A DNA stretch of 64,000 nt. It comes from the human T2T-CHM13v2.0 reference genome, Homo sapiens. The notes beneath the pieces are model-generated. The model had not been told where the DNA came from. It saw only the letters and a list, made by a program, of their open reading frames with translations, and did not search any database. Below, piece by piece: positions 1 through 13,299 of this stretch. Numbering within the stretch: the first letter of the stretch is position 1; the number at the start of each line of letters is the position of its first letter. The DNA lies in the NCBI RefSeq assembly GCF_009914755.1, contig NC_060927.1, one strand, 5' to 3'. Made by a program: the position numbers and the translations under genes.

Positions 1-440
1 TCTCTGAAGTCTACTTTATCTGCTATTCATATAGCTATATAGCTTTTTTGTGATTGTTTTCATGGTATATATATTTTTCTTCTATTTACTTTTTACCTAC
101 TTATATCAGTATATTTGAAATGAATTTCTTGTAGACAGCAGATAGCTGAGTCATTTTGAACTATATTCTGATAATTTTTTTAATATAAAGCATTTATATT
201 TTAATTGGTGTCTTTAAGCCCTTCATATTTAATGTAATTTTTGATGTCAGGATTTAAGGCTGCCACTTTATTGTTTTGTTTGTCTTGTTTTTGTTTCTCT
301 CTTTCTCTTTTCTTACCTTTCTGTGGGTTACTGAAATAATTTTTAGTGTTACATTTTTCCTTATCTGTAGTGTGCATATATTTCTTTGTATATGTTTTAA
401 AAATATTTTTCTTAGTGATTGCTCTAGATATTACCCTATA
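1..440 (-). mobile_element. Old L1M (L1ME/MC-like) fragment from the ORF1/ORF2-start region
   Basis: T-rich degenerate L1 antisense sequence (ttcttgtagacagca, catttatatttaatgtaatt) resembling old L1 copies. Confidence 0.55.
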
Positions 441-710
441 TTCCAATTTAAAGTTGCACTAAATTATATACATAAAGCTCAAATCAGCCTACTCCAAATC
501 TGCTTCACATTTTCCTCCCATCCTACTGGGCCGTGGGGAGAGATAAGTATACATTCAGTGATATGTATAAGCCTTCTCAAGTAAGTGTGTAAATTATATA
601 ATTGAGTGTGTATTTTAAACTAGAAAAATAATGTGTCATTGTAAAAATAAAGGGTAACTCCTTCTTATTTGCCGTTTCCCATTCTTTTTGATACTTATCT
701 ATACATATAA

Positions 711-1192
<482 letters not shown>

Positions 1193-1223
1193 AAGTAAAA
1201 TTTTTTATTTGATTTATTTTCAG

Positions 1224-1370
1224 TGTTCAAGAGCCGGGGCACTGGCAGATTTCATGACCAAATATTAGAACCATGACAACTCAGGAAACCAAGTCTATTT
1301 CCTCTAAGTACCACCTATTTAGAGTCAGAAGGAACCTCCGCTGAATTTTGTAGGAATTATTTCCTTGCTT
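1224..1370 (+). pseudogene. Possible cadherin relic exon
   Basis: tttattttcag acceptor at 1223; NHDNS (1269-1283) and KEPPLNFVGIIS (1329-1364) resemble DxNDN and E..P.G.FVG.I. Confidence 0.35.
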
Positions 1371-1529
1371 TAAAAAATACTGTCACAACTTTTTGTGCCT
1401 TAGTAAACAAAATAGTCCATTTTTTGCCTGTTTTTGAACTATATACAAATGAAAACATACGTTTATTTTGTATTTTGATGGTTTTGCTCAGTATTATAGC
1501 TATGAAATTCATTCATGTGGTTTTGAGTA

Positions 1530-2345
1530 GATATAAATCAATAGGAAAAAGATACATAGCTCAATAGGAAAATTGGAAAAATACTTAAATGGACATTTCA
1601 AAAAGAAGGAAATTCATTGGTTAAAAGTTATATTTAAAAATATACCACCTCATTTGTAATCAGGAACATGCAAATGAAAACTACTATGTAATACATCCAC
1701 CAGATTAAAAAAAATGGAGCAACACTATGTGTGAGGATGAAAAGCAGTAAGAATTTTTTTTGTGTGTGTGTGGGTAAATTGTGTAATTTCATAGGAAGAC
1801 TGTCATGTTTACTGTCTGTCCTCTGTGTGGGAGCATCTGTGTGCAGACACAAGCACAGCAGTAGCAGGACTTGTGAAGCCTGTGGCCATGTACTTACCCC
1901 TTTCTCTAAGGAAGATGTAAGGACTTCAAAATAAGCTCATTTTATTATTGTTATTATTATGCTTTAAGTTCTGGGATACATGTGCAGAATGCACAGGCTT
2001 GTTACATAGGTATACACATGCCATGGTGGTTTGCTGCACCCATTAACCTGTCATCTACATTAGGTATTAAGAGCAGTAAGAATTTTTATATACTACTGAT
2101 ACGTGCAAAATTCAGTACAACCGTTTTGGAAAATCCCCCTGGCATAATGCTGGGTAATATACCAGAAATTCCTCTCTTCTGTATATAATATAGAAACACT
2201 GGGGTATATGTAAATCAAGATTCTTGTGCAAGAATATTTGTAATAATATTTTTCACAGTTGCTCCAAATGGGAAGGAACTGGATAAATCAATTGTAGTAG
2301 ATTCATAAATAGAAAACCATATGGCAACAAAAATAAGCAAGCTAC
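1530..2345 (+). mobile_element. Old L1M 3' fragment split by a younger L1PA insertion
   Basis: aatggacatttcaaaagaaggaaatt...caggaacatgcaaatgaaaactac...gtgaggatg|...tacaaccgttttggaaa; the sequence continues across the 1740-2087 insertion. Confidence 0.65.
1759..2068 (-). mobile_element. 5'-truncated L1PA 3' end (1940-2068) with ~170-bp 3' transduction (1772-1939)
   Basis: L1PA tail ttattatgctttaagttctgggatacatgtgcag...tacattaggtatt; 19-bp TSD aa(a/g)agcagtaagaattttt at 1740-1758 and 2069-2087 encloses extra unique DNA. Confidence 0.75.
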
Positions 2346-2542
2346 ATCCACTTTAGATTTCTGTGAATCAAATTTATTGCTTTCTTATCCATTTCATCAG
2401 TTTTCTACTGTAGTGACATTTTGGAAACTTACTTGAACTAACATAAACTATAGAAATTTTTTATTTTGCATATTTTGAACCTGATGGTTTACCATATATA
2501 TACTAACTTCTTAAATCAAGTATTTTATGGCATTTGTTTCAG

Positions 2543-2770
2543 CTTGAAGAACAAAGCAAAGTAGAAAAATGTAGTGCTAGGTTCATTGGCTCTCACCAGG
2601 TCAGCACAGTGCAATCCTGCCTGACATGCACTATGACCTATTTGCCTTTGCAAAAGGTCACTGGGAATTTCAGAAAACAAAATGCAGGCAGAGATCAAAC
2701 TAGTAGGAAGAATTCAATGGAAAGGGAGAACACCAGCCAATTTGGCATTATGTTGAGAAGCTATACCTAT
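2543..2770 (+). pseudogene. Cadherin relic exon
   Basis: ttgtttcag acceptor; ORF 2534-2815 reads LEEQ..FIG...MTY....GNF...MERENTSQFGIML, similar to LDRE..SY.L.V. Confidence 0.5.
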
Positions 2771-2973
2771 ACCTTTTTTTTTTTTAAACTTGTGATAGGG
2801 CATAAAAGCTGGTGAATGGGTTTTAAACTCTTAGAATCTCCCTCTCTCTTTCTTTTTCTTTCTTTCTTCTTCTTTTTTTTTTTAACCATGAAGAGTTGAG
2901 GAGGAATGGGGATAAGGTAAGTGCTCCCTCCCTAGCCCCCCAAAATCCTGGTGGAGCACTAAGCATTCTACAG

Positions 2974-3510
2974 CTGGTTTATACTTAGAAGATTTCATGC
3001 AAAGCTTATGGAAAGTAACCTGATATTACACCACAGCTTTCTTCAACATCAGTCTGCAACTGTTCCAACAGCAGTGCATGTTTTCAGGGATGATTTTATG
3101 TAACTAGGCATTGCTGTCTGGCAAAGCTCTGACATGATGCCTCCTCAAGTTAGTTCTAACTAATTAGTGTTAGAGATAGTAATAGGAGCAATTTGCTCAC
3201 CTGCTTTTGATAACATTTGCCAAGTTTTCTAGGCATAAGTACCAGACTTAAATGGCAGCATACCAGGATTATAGGCATATTGGAGAATTTCAATTATATT
3301 TCCAAGGGAGAATTTGGCTTTCAAACTCAAGCTTCCATTTGTCTCAAAGTATAAAATCACTGCACTGCATAGTAAATTTGTTGTAGTGCCTTTTGAAACG
3401 GAGGAAATTCAGACTATTAAATGAAGATTCACAGAAGTGTCTACTAAGTGATGCCCCAATAACTGTCTGCCTGATTTTATACCCTCTTCTTTGCTTGATC
3501 CAAGGTCCAC
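2974..3510 (+). pseudogene. Cadherin relic exon (~2 EC repeats)
   Basis: 3113-3273 reads AVWQSSDMMPPQVSSN*LVLEIVIGAICSPAFDNICQVF*A*VPD, followed by RIIGIL..GEFG and NNCLPDF. Confidence 0.65.
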
Positions 3511-3817
3511 TCCTCAGCCTGCTTGACTGAGACATCTGTAGCTAATCTGAGTTCACTTAGCACTCCCCTTCTGGAGTGGAGGGTTTAACATTAGTTTACC
3601 AAGTCTGATCTTAACACTTGTGGATAAGTCTCCTGCAATATGGACCAAGGTTATTTAGGTCCTGAGTGCTTGCTCAGTGTTGGATTTTAGGTCACCATAT
3701 CCTCATCAGTCACTGGGTCTTCACTTTTCCCATCTGTAAAATGAAGAAATGGGACTACATGGCTCTTACATCTAGATTGGTTAACTTAGACCTGAGCTTG
3801 TTTTTGGACATGAGGCT

Positions 3818-4169
3818 TTTTCTTTCTTTCTTTCTTTTTTTTGATAGAGTTTCACTCTTGTCGCCCAGGCTGGAGTGCAATGGCACAATCTCGGCTCGGC
3901 ACAATCTCGGCTCAGTGCAATCTTGGCTCAGTGCAATCTTGGCTCACTGCAACCTCCGCCTCCGGGTTCAAGGAATTCTCCTGCGGCAGCCTCCTGAGTA
4001 GCTGGGATTACAGGCATGCACCACCGTGCCCAGCTAATTTTGTATTTTTAGTAGAGACAGGGTCTCTCCATGTTGGTCAGGCTGGTCTTGAACTCCCGAC
4101 CTCAGGTGATCTGCTGGCCTCGGCCTCCCAAAGCGCTGGGATTACAGGCCTGAGCCACCGTGCCCGGCC
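3818..4169 (-). mobile_element. AluS (Sp/Sq-like) with an internal 4x16-bp tandem expansion
   Basis: Both arms present; TSD gacatgaggct at 3807-3817 and 4172-4182; repeats at 3883-3946. Confidence 0.93.
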
Positions 4170-4889
4170 CTGACATGAGGCTCTTTACTCCTGTCTTTAC
4201 GACGCTAAGTTCTTCCATTCAGACTGAGACTCCTCAGCCTGGAAAAATACTCTAAAGAGCAAAATCCCCTAATATTCTGCCTTATCTTGGTGAAACATTT
4301 CATTTCATAAAGATCTAGCAAGTCTTGCATTAGAGTATATCCTGAATATTCACAAAGACAGCTAACACGGACAACAGTTTAAAATGTTACTTTATATTTT
4401 TAAGATTGGGAGTTCCTAACTTTAGGCCCATGGACTGTGAAATTTGTGTCTGTGTATATGTGTATGCACACATTTTTAAATTGTCTTTTGGAAAAGAGTG
4501 TCTGGTGCTTTTGTCAGTGTCTTTACTGAAAGACTTGAGAACCTCTGAATTGAGGTGTGAGTTTTTTGCATATTAGAAAGGCAAACGTTTAGACACAGTT
4601 TCTAAATTTAGTTAATGAACTGTATATTGAGCATATGGAGGCATATGTTAAGCAAAAATCTTCCTACTTTCTTTTCAAACTTCAGTATTTTAATTTTAAT
4701 GTAGCAAATATTTTCATGATTGAATTTATTTCCCATCAATATTGGTTTCTATCTCCACTCCATTTTCCTTCCCGGCCTTACCTCTTTCTTTCTCTTCCCC
4801 ATTGTTTCTTTGACCTTCTTTATTCTTTTCTTCTTATTGTATTCCCTCTCTCTCCTCCCTATCCAGTTTTCTTTTCTATATCTCTTGTC

Positions 4890-5480
4890 TCAAATGGTTT
4901 TACAGCAGAAATGACACGTTCTTCACTATTGTATTCTCAGTCCCCAGGAGACTTCCTGGTATACAGTATTATGCCATTTAGTAAATAAATATATGAGTGA
5001 GGCATCCACAATGGATGCTGTTCTTATTCTATCAATTATGAGACAATCAGATTGAATCTAGGAGAGTGTTGCAAGTGTTTTTCAAGAAGGGTTCTGAGTG
5101 ATCTGCGGATCAAGAAAGTAAGATTTGCTAAAAGTCTTTCCACATATGAGAAAATCCCCTGGGTTTTGAGATGTTTATTTTGGTAGGCAGTTTCCAAGAT
5201 GGCCTCTAATGGCTTCTGCCTGGTATTCACACCCTTTTGAACCCCTTCCCATTGTATCTAATGGTCTCTGTCTAAAAGTCACACCCTGTTGTGACCCCTT
5301 CCCATTGTATCAGCATCAGACTGTGTGACCAATAGTGTATAGGAGAATGATGGTATGTCATTTCTGCAATAAGTAACTAATACAGTTGTTGAATGACATG
5401 TTTGGGTGGTGACAGACAAGTTAATGATCTGATATTAGCTCATAAAGCTGAAGAACATCTACTTTTGCTTTTGCTGATTA
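4890..5480 (+). pseudogene. Cadherin relic interrupted by an MLT1 LTR fragment
   Basis: SPGDFLVYSI, GIHNG..SINYET (SINYET at 5028-5045); after the MLT the frame reads VVE..RQVNDL. Confidence 0.45.
5180..5385 (+). mobile_element. MLT1E/F-like MaLR LTR fragment
   Basis: tggtaggcagtttccaagatggcctctaatggcttctgcctggtattcacaccc...gtaactaataca. Confidence 0.6.
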
Positions 5481-5607
5481 ATACTCAGGTTGGGGCAGTC
5501 ACAAATCTTACAACTATGTTATGACCTTGAGGAAATAACTTTCCTCTTTGGAATTTCATTTTATCATATGTATAATGAAAAACATAGACATTCTAATACT
5601 ATGTAAT

Positions 5608-5893
5608 TTTTCTAGTATAGTGTATGTGGAATTTATTAGTTTTTTGGTTGAAAACCTGAATTACTGGAAAAAAGGAGCACCTTCTTTAATAGATATTACA
5701 TTCATTGATGTTGACTCTGAATTTTAAGTTTGGATTAATGTGCTTTGAGAACTTCATATTGAGAGTCTGATATCTTTTGCTGATATTTTTGACGGGTGAA
5801 ATTATTTTGTTTAAAACAGTAAAGAAAAGAGGGGAAAAAAGAAAAATGGCATAGGGTTGTTCACACCATTTTATGAGATTATGTGGCATGACT
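5608..5893 (+). pseudogene. Cadherin relic exon, 5' part (cut by L1PB)
   Basis: In frame from 5608: FSSIVYVEFISFLVENLNYWKKGAPSLIDITFIDVDSEF*, then LTGEIILFK at 5789. Confidence 0.7.
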
Positions 5894-6650
5894 TTTAAAT
5901 TTTTTTAAATTTCAGTAGGATTTTGGGGAACAGGTGGTATTTGGTTACATGAATAAGTTCTTTAGTGGTGACTTCTGTGATTTTGGTGCACCCATAATGC
6001 AAGCAGTGTACACTGTACCCAATGTGTAGTCTTTTATTCCTCACCCTACTCCCACCCTTTCCCTGAGTTCCCAAAGTCCAGTGTATCATTCTTATACCTT
6101 TGCATCCTTATAGCTTAGCTCCCACATGAGTGAGACTATACAATGTTTGGTTTTCCATTTCTGAGTTACTTCATTTAGAATAATAGTCTCCAATTTTATC
6201 CAGTTTGCTGCAAATGCCATTATTTCTTTTGCTGTGCAGAAGCTTTTTGGTTTAATTAAGTCCCATCTATTTATCTTTGTTTGTTACATTTGCTTTTGGT
6301 TTCTTGATCATGAAGTCTTTGCCTAAGCCAGTGTCTAAAAGGGTTTTTCCAATGTTATCTTCTAGAATTTTTATGGTTTCAGGTCTCAGATTTAAGTTTT
6401 TGATCCATCTTTCGTTGATTTTTGTTGCATAAGGTGAGAGATGAAGATCAAGATTCCTTCTTTGTGTGGCTTGCCAATTATCTCAGCACCATTTGTTGAA
6501 TAGGGTATCATTTTCCCACTTTATGTTTCTGTTTGTTTTGTCAAAGATCAGTTGGCTGTAAGTATTTGGCTTTATTTCTTGTTTTCTCCTCTATTCTGTT
6601 CCATTGGTCAATGTGCCTATTTTTATACCAGTACCATGCTGTTTTGGTAA

Positions 6651-7553
6651 CTATAGCCTGGTACTATAGTTTGAAGTTGAGCAATGGGAGGTCTCCTTTT
6701 TTTTTTCTTTTTGCTTAGTCTTGCTTTGACTATGTGGGCTCTTTTTTGGTTCCATATGAATTTTAGGATTTTTTTCTAGCTCTGTGAAGAATGATGGTGG
6801 TATTTTGATGGGAATTGCATTGAATTTGTAGATTGCACTTGGCAGTATGGTCATTTTCACAATATTCATTCTACCCATCCCTGAGCATGGATTCTGTTTC
6901 CATTTGTTTGTGTCATCTGTGATTTCATTCAGCAATGATTTGCAGTTTTCCTTGTAGAGATTTTTGACCTCCTTCACTAGGTATATTCCTAAGTATTTTA
7001 TTTTATTTTTTGCTATTGTAAAAGGGGTTGAGTTCTTGATTTGATTCTCAGCTTGTTTGCTGTTGGTGTATAGTAGAGCTACTGATTTATCTACATTAAT
7101 TTTGTATCCTGAAACTTTGCTGAATTCATCTACCAGCTTTAGGAGCTTATTACATGAGTCTTTATGGTTTTCTAGGTATAAAATCATATCATAAACAAGC
7201 AGCGACAGTTTAACTTCCTTTTTGCCAATTTGATTGCCCTTTATTTCTTTCTCTTGCCTGATTGTTCTGACTAGGACTTCCAGTACTATGTTGAAAAGAC
7301 GTGGTAAAAATGGGCGTCCTTGTCTTGATTCATTTCTCAGGGGTAATGCTTTCAACTTCTCCCCGTTCAGTATAATGTTGGCTGTGGGTTTGTCATAGAT
7401 GGTTTTTATTACCTTAAGATATGTCCATTCTATGCCAGTTTTGCTAAGGGTTTTTACCATACAGGGATGCTGGAATTTGTTAAATGCTTTTTCTGCATCT
7501 ATTGAGATGATCTTGTGATTTTTGTTTTTAATTCCGTTTATGTGGTGTATCAC
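6651..7553 (-). pseudogene. L1 ORF2 reverse-transcriptase fragment (300 aa, inactive)
   Basis: [26 protein letters not shown] and IKYLGI motifs; the catalytic FADD is degenerate (VYDM). Confidence 0.9.
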
Positions 7554-7580
7554 ATTTATTAACTTGTGGATGTTAAATCA

Positions 7581-7694
<114 letters not shown>

Positions 7695-9205
7695 TTAATA
7701 CTATGAACTTTCCTCTTAGCATTGCTTTTGCTGTATCCCAGAGGTTTTGATAGGTTGTGTCATCATTATCATTCAATTCAAAGAATTTTTAAATTTCCAT
7801 CTTGATTTCATTGTTTTCTCAATGAATATTCAGGAGCAGGTTATTTAATTTCCATGTATTTGCTTGGTTTTGAGGATTCCTTTTGGAGTTAATTTCCAAT
7901 TTTATTCTACTGTGGTCTGAAAGAGTACTTGATATAATTTTGATTTTTCTTAAATTTACTGAGACTTGTTTTGTGCCCCATCATATGGTCTATCTTGGAG
8001 AATGCCCCATGTGCTGATGAATAGACTGTATAATCTTCAGTCGTTGAGTAGAATGTTCTGTAAATATCTGTTAGGTCAATTTGTTGTAGGGTATAGTTTA
8101 AAAAAGTCCATTGTTTCTTTGTTGACTTTCTACCTTGATGACCTGTCTAGTGCTGTCAGTGGAGTATTAAATTCTCCCACTATTATTCTGTTGCCATCTA
8201 TCTCATTTCTTAGATCCAGTAGTAATTGCTTTATAAACTTGGGAGCTCCACTGTTGATGCATATATATTTAGAATTGCGATATTTTACTGTTGGACTAGT
8301 CCTTTTATTATTATATAATGTCCTTCTTTTTCTCTTTTAAAGTGTTGTTGCTTTAAAGTTTGTTTTGTCTGATATAAGAATAGTTACTCCTGCTCACTTT
8401 TGGTGTCCATTTGCGTGGAATATCTTTTTCTACCCCTTCGCCTTAAGTTTATGTGAGTCCTTATGTATTAGGTGGGTGTCCTGAATACAGTAGAAACTTG
8501 GTTGATGAATTCTTATCTATCCTGCCATTCTGTATCATTTAAGTGGAGCATGTAGGCTATTTACATTCAACATTAGTATTGAGATATGAGGTACTATTCT
8601 ATTCATCATGCTATTTGTTGCTTGAATACTATTTTTTAATTGTGTTATTGTTATATAGGTCCTGTGAGATTTATCCTTTGAGGAAGTTCTATTTTGGTGT
8701 ATTTTGAGGATTTGTTTCAAAATTTAGAATCTTTTAGCCATTCTTGTAATGCCAACTTGATAGTGGTGAATTCTCTCAGCATTTGTTTGTCTCAAAAAGA
8801 CTGTATCTTATCTTCACTTATGAAGCTTAGTTTTGCTAGATACAAAATTTTTGCTGATCATTGTTTTGTTTAAAGGGGCTAAAAATAGGACCCCAAACCA
8901 TTCTAGCTTGTAGGGTTTCTGCTGAGAAATCTGCTGTTACTCTGATAGGTTTTCCTTTATAGGTTACCTGGTGCTTTTGCTCATAGCTCTTAAGAATCTT
9001 TCCTTTGTCGTTACTTTAGATAACTTGATGACTATATGCCTAGGTGATATTCTTTCTGTAGTGAATTTCCCAGGTGTTCTTTGAGCTTCTTGTATTTGGA
9101 TATCTACATCTCTAGCAGGGCCAGAGAAGTTTTCCTTGATTATTCCCTCAAATATGGTTTCTAGACTTTTGGATTTCTCTTCTTCCTCAGGAACACCAAT
9201 TATTC

Positions 9206-9598
9206 TTAGGTTTGGACACTTAACCTAGTCCCAAACTTCTTAGAAGCTTTGTTCATTTTGTAATTTCTTTTTTCTTTGTCTTTGATGAATTTGATTAATT
9301 CAAAAGCCTCATCTTCAAGCTCTGAAGTTTTTTCTTCTGCTTGTCCAGTTATAGTCCTGAGACTTTCCAGTGCATTTTGCATTTTTCTAAGTATGTCCTT
9401 GATTTCAAGAAGTTGTGATAGTTTTTTATTTATGCTCTCTATTTCACTGAAGAATTTTTCTTTCATATCCTGTGTCATGTTTTTGATTTCTTTAAGTTGG
9501 AGTTCACCTTTCTCTGGTGCCTCCTTGATTAGCTTAATACTTGACTTTCTGAATTCTTTTTCTGGCAGTTCAGAGATTTCATCTTGGTTTGGATCCAT
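9206..9598 (-). pseudogene. L1 ORF1 N-terminal coiled-coil fragment
   Basis: MDPNQDEISELPEKEFRK..LLEIKD..QAEEKTSELED is typical of L1PB ORF1p. Confidence 0.85.
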
Positions 9599-10769
9599 TG
9601 CTGGTGAGCTGGTGTGATCTTTAATAGTGTTTAATAATCTTGTTTTTTCATATTACCAGAATTGCTTTCCTAGTTCCTTCTCATTTGGGTAGACTATATC
9701 AGAGGGAAGATCTGGGACTCAAGGGCTGCTGTTCAGATTCTTTTGTCCCACATAGTATTCCCTTGATATGGTGTTCTCCCCCTTCCCCTAGGGATGGGGC
9801 TTTCTGGGAGCTGAACTGCAGCAATTGTTTTTGCTCTTCTGAGTCTAACCACCCAGCAGAGCTACTGGGCCCTGGGCTGGTACTGGGGAGTGTCTGCAAA
9901 GAGTCCTGTGATGTGATCCATCTTCAGGTCTTTCAGCCATAGATACCAGCACCTGCTCCAGTGGGGGCAGAAGGGGAGTGAAGTGGACTCTGTGAGGGAC
10001 CTTGGTTGTATTTTTGTTTAGTGCACTGGTTTTGTTTTGGTTGGCCTACAGCCAGGAGGTGGGACTTTCAGGAGTGCATCAGCTATGGTATTATAGGGAT
10101 GAAGCAAACTTGCCCTAGGCTTGCCTGGTTATATATTCAGGTTTCTTAGGCAGTGGGCAGGGCCATAGAACTTCCAAGAGATTATGTCCTTTGTCTTCAG
10201 CAACCAGGGTGGGTAGAGAAAGACCACTGTGTGGGGGCAGGGATAGGTGTGTCTGAGGTCAGACTCTCCTTGGGCAGGGCTTGCTGCAGCTGCTGTGGGG
10301 AATTGGGGTGTGGTTCCCAGTCCAGTGGAATTAGGTTCCCAGGTAGATTATGGCTGCCTCTGCCAAGTCGCCAGGGAAGTAGGTGAAAGCAGGCAGTCAC
10401 AGTCCTCACCCTGATCCCATGCAGCCCGTAGTCCTAAAGGCCGGTCTCACTCCCACTGTGTCCCCACAACAGCACTCAGTCTATTTACAGGCAGCTGGTG
10501 ACCAGGGCTGATAACTTGCCCCAGACCATCAGCCTCCCTTCTGAGAAAGCAAGCCAACTCAGTTTTTTGGCATCTCAGGGAGGCTGCAGCAGGGATCCAC
10601 TTCCTTCAAAGAGTCTGTGGATTCTCTTAGCTTTCATGGTATGTTGCTGTGGTAGTTCTCAGAGCAAAAGTTCACTATGTGAGTCTCCACATGCTGCTCT
10701 GTCTGTCTGAGTAGGAGCTGCAAGGTCGTCCTGCCTTCTGTCTGCCATCTTCCCCTCAATAAATTACCT

Positions 10770-11480
10770 ATAACTTTTTATTCTACCTATATCTAAGTGT
10801 GTATCTTTTTCTGTATCTGATTTTATAGCTATATATGGACATCTAGTCTGTCCTTAGATATCCCATCCACTTATAATATCATTATTATGATTGCGAGAGA
10901 TTTCTTGTAAACTTTAGTAGGCAATCTTTGTTATATGGATATCTGTTAATCTATATATTTTAGGAAGCTTCACCAGAGTGAAGCATTCATCTACTACTTA
11001 CAGAAAACAAATCAAAATAAGCATAACTTGCAACATCATTTTTTAAGACTTGAAAAGCATTATCAGTAAATGATACTGTTGTCATGGAATGTGTGCAGTG
11101 TAAATGCATTTTGTGCCAGCCATACATTAGACTCTCACAAGGGCAAGGGAAATTGAAACTGTCTTTCTAATGGATCATAAATCTTGAAAATGATTTGAAT
11201 TCATGGATTAAATGTCAGCTTTGGAAGCATTTGCTGATTTATCTTGGATCTTAAAAGAAAGAACATTTCTATGACAAATCAAATTAGTACATTTTCATAT
11301 TCTGGATTATAGTTTTCCAGAATGATATTCTTCAAAGAAATAATATGACATGTTAATATTTTCCCTGTTAGAAGATGATGATGATGACGACGATGATGTT
11401 GATGAAGCTTCTCTTTGTTAATTAGAAGACCCTTGGAGACTAGACTATTTATGAAGCTAAGTGTTGAATTAGAATATAGA
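10770..11480 (+). pseudogene. Cadherin relic exon, 3' part (~2 EC repeats)
   Basis: IMIARDF..VGNLCY; KALSVNDTVVMECVQ-(fs)-VNAF (11054-11110); NLENDLNSWIKCQL (11180-11221); LLED(8)VDEA. Confidence 0.65.
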
Positions 11481-12129
11481 GATTATAATTTAAATAATGG
11501 ATTGCACCTCAGAAACACCAAATTGAATCAGTTAGTGAGTGGCTGACTTAGTGGCACCAGTGTGATTGAAGTAAAATCAGAGATTTTGTGTAATTTCTTT
11601 AGTGTTTCTCTCCTCTACTTACCATTCCTATGAAGGAAATTATGACTACTTTTTTGACTTGGGATGATTTTGGCAACTTTAATGTTTCTCTTTTTGTCCA
11701 AGTTCAAATTATAAGCATTCTCTGAAAACAGCAGCTTCCCTTTCGGTCCAGGAAATTGCTCTAGGCCTGGCCTCTCATCCTTTCATTCAAAATCTTTAAC
11801 TTTCTTCTTCACACATTTATACCATCTCTTCTCTGAGTCTCCACAGACTGATAATGTTTTCCCTGGGTGATGGTCATGGTTTCTTTATCCCAAAGATAAA
11901 GAAATATGAAATACAAGGAGTATTTTATACTCCTTGATTCCCACTTTGTAGTCTGAGGAAAAGTTATGCCCCATCCATGTCTGACACTTACTCAGATACC
12001 TTCTGAGCCAAAACCCAGTGCCCTCCTCTACAGCTTAAATAAGAGGATAGGCTGAGCTAATGGGTTTGTTCCATGACCAAATGGCTATCATGCCATTTTA
12101 GGAAAACTTAGGGGATGATACACATTTCC

Positions 12130-12780
12130 TTCAGTACTTGGGATTTTAGAAACAGTCCAAGTCTTGGTGATAACCTATTATAAAAGTTGTTAGTGTTTGT
12201 AACATAGGTTTAGGCTCATTAAGTTAGATGCTCTGTGGAGTTTTAAAGAAAAGAGGTGAATTGTGTCTTAAATTGATTGTAAAAGACCATATTGAGATGT
12301 ATGACACATGACACTTTGGCCAGACTTTCATGGTTAATCAGGTGTAATCGGCTTTCTGCCCTTCAGTAGAATACTCTAGCTTTTATGCTTTCAGAGGTAG
12401 TAGTTTCTGTTGCTTTTTTGTCAAGAGTATCATAACTTTCACATGTAGGACCACTTGATGACAGTAATATTATTTTACCTTCCTCTACATAGGGAGACAT
12501 GATAATGACCTCTATCTTTATCAAGCCAGAATGGCACCGCTAAGTCAGGCTTATAATTGCTGGTTCTCATCTTTTTAGTGGAGAAACATTGAGCTACATA
12601 GATTTTGCTGTCCCTGATATCTGAGCTTATTTCTTCATCTTTAGAAAATTGTGAACTTGCATTATTTCCTTGGTTCACATGAAGATTAGACCATCGTGAT
12701 TAAATTTCCTATGTGCCTGTATTGTTACAGCATCTCTCTGTTATTTGATATTCTGTCAATTGGAACTCTTTTTCTGATGG
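12130..12780 (+). pseudogene. Cadherin relic
   Basis: NSPSLG, PIIKVV..IGLGSLS, KRGELCL, SQNGT, IIAGSHLFSGE..IDF, read across frameshifts. Confidence 0.4.
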
Positions 12781-12789
12781 AAATGAGAT

Positions 12790-12960
12790 ATTATTTATTT
12801 ATACAGTTTATTAGGGTCTAGTTGATATACAAAAATGGTGCACATTCAATGTATACAAGTTGATGAGTTTGGACATATACATACACCTTTAAAACTATCA
12901 TTACAATCAGGGTAATCAACATACACAACGCCTCCCAAAGTTTTCTTGTGCCCTTTTGTT
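12790..12960 (-). mobile_element. L1MA-type 3' end fragment
   Basis: ttgatatacaaaaatggtgcacattcaatgtatacaagttgatgagtttggacata. Confidence 0.65.
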
Positions 12961-13299
12961 TTAAGAACTATTTACTAACTGGCATTTCTCCTCTAATGTG
13001 GAGCAGACTGACTGATTTACAGAGTATTTATTATACCTAGTTTTTTCTGTCTTGGTGTCACATCACCTCTTATCACTACTGCATTCATTCATTCATTCAT
13101 TCATAACTACATATCAAACATCTACAATACCCCAGGCACCATTCTAAGTTCTGGGAATACAATAGCGAGCGAAACAGATGAAACCACCTGCTATCATGAC
13201 GCTTACAGTGGCAGCTGCAACTCGTTCAATGTAACCTCTGCTCCTGCCCTTTTTTTCTTTTGACCTAAGAGTTTCAATCTCAAGCTCTTCCTATAAATG

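Noticed and set aside
2884-2922. Micro-exon-like signal (pyrimidine tract followed by AAG|GTAAGT)
   Set aside because: There is no convincing acceptor or frame support; such signals are common by chance.
3666-4173. ORFs of 110-111 aa (and similar ORFs at 16760, 22894, 37263, 47099, 55375)
   Set aside because: These are standard Alu-derived translations.
6651-7553. 300-aa RT ORF as an active or domesticated retroelement
   Set aside because: It is a fragment of a deleted, frameshifted L1PB with a degenerate catalytic motif.
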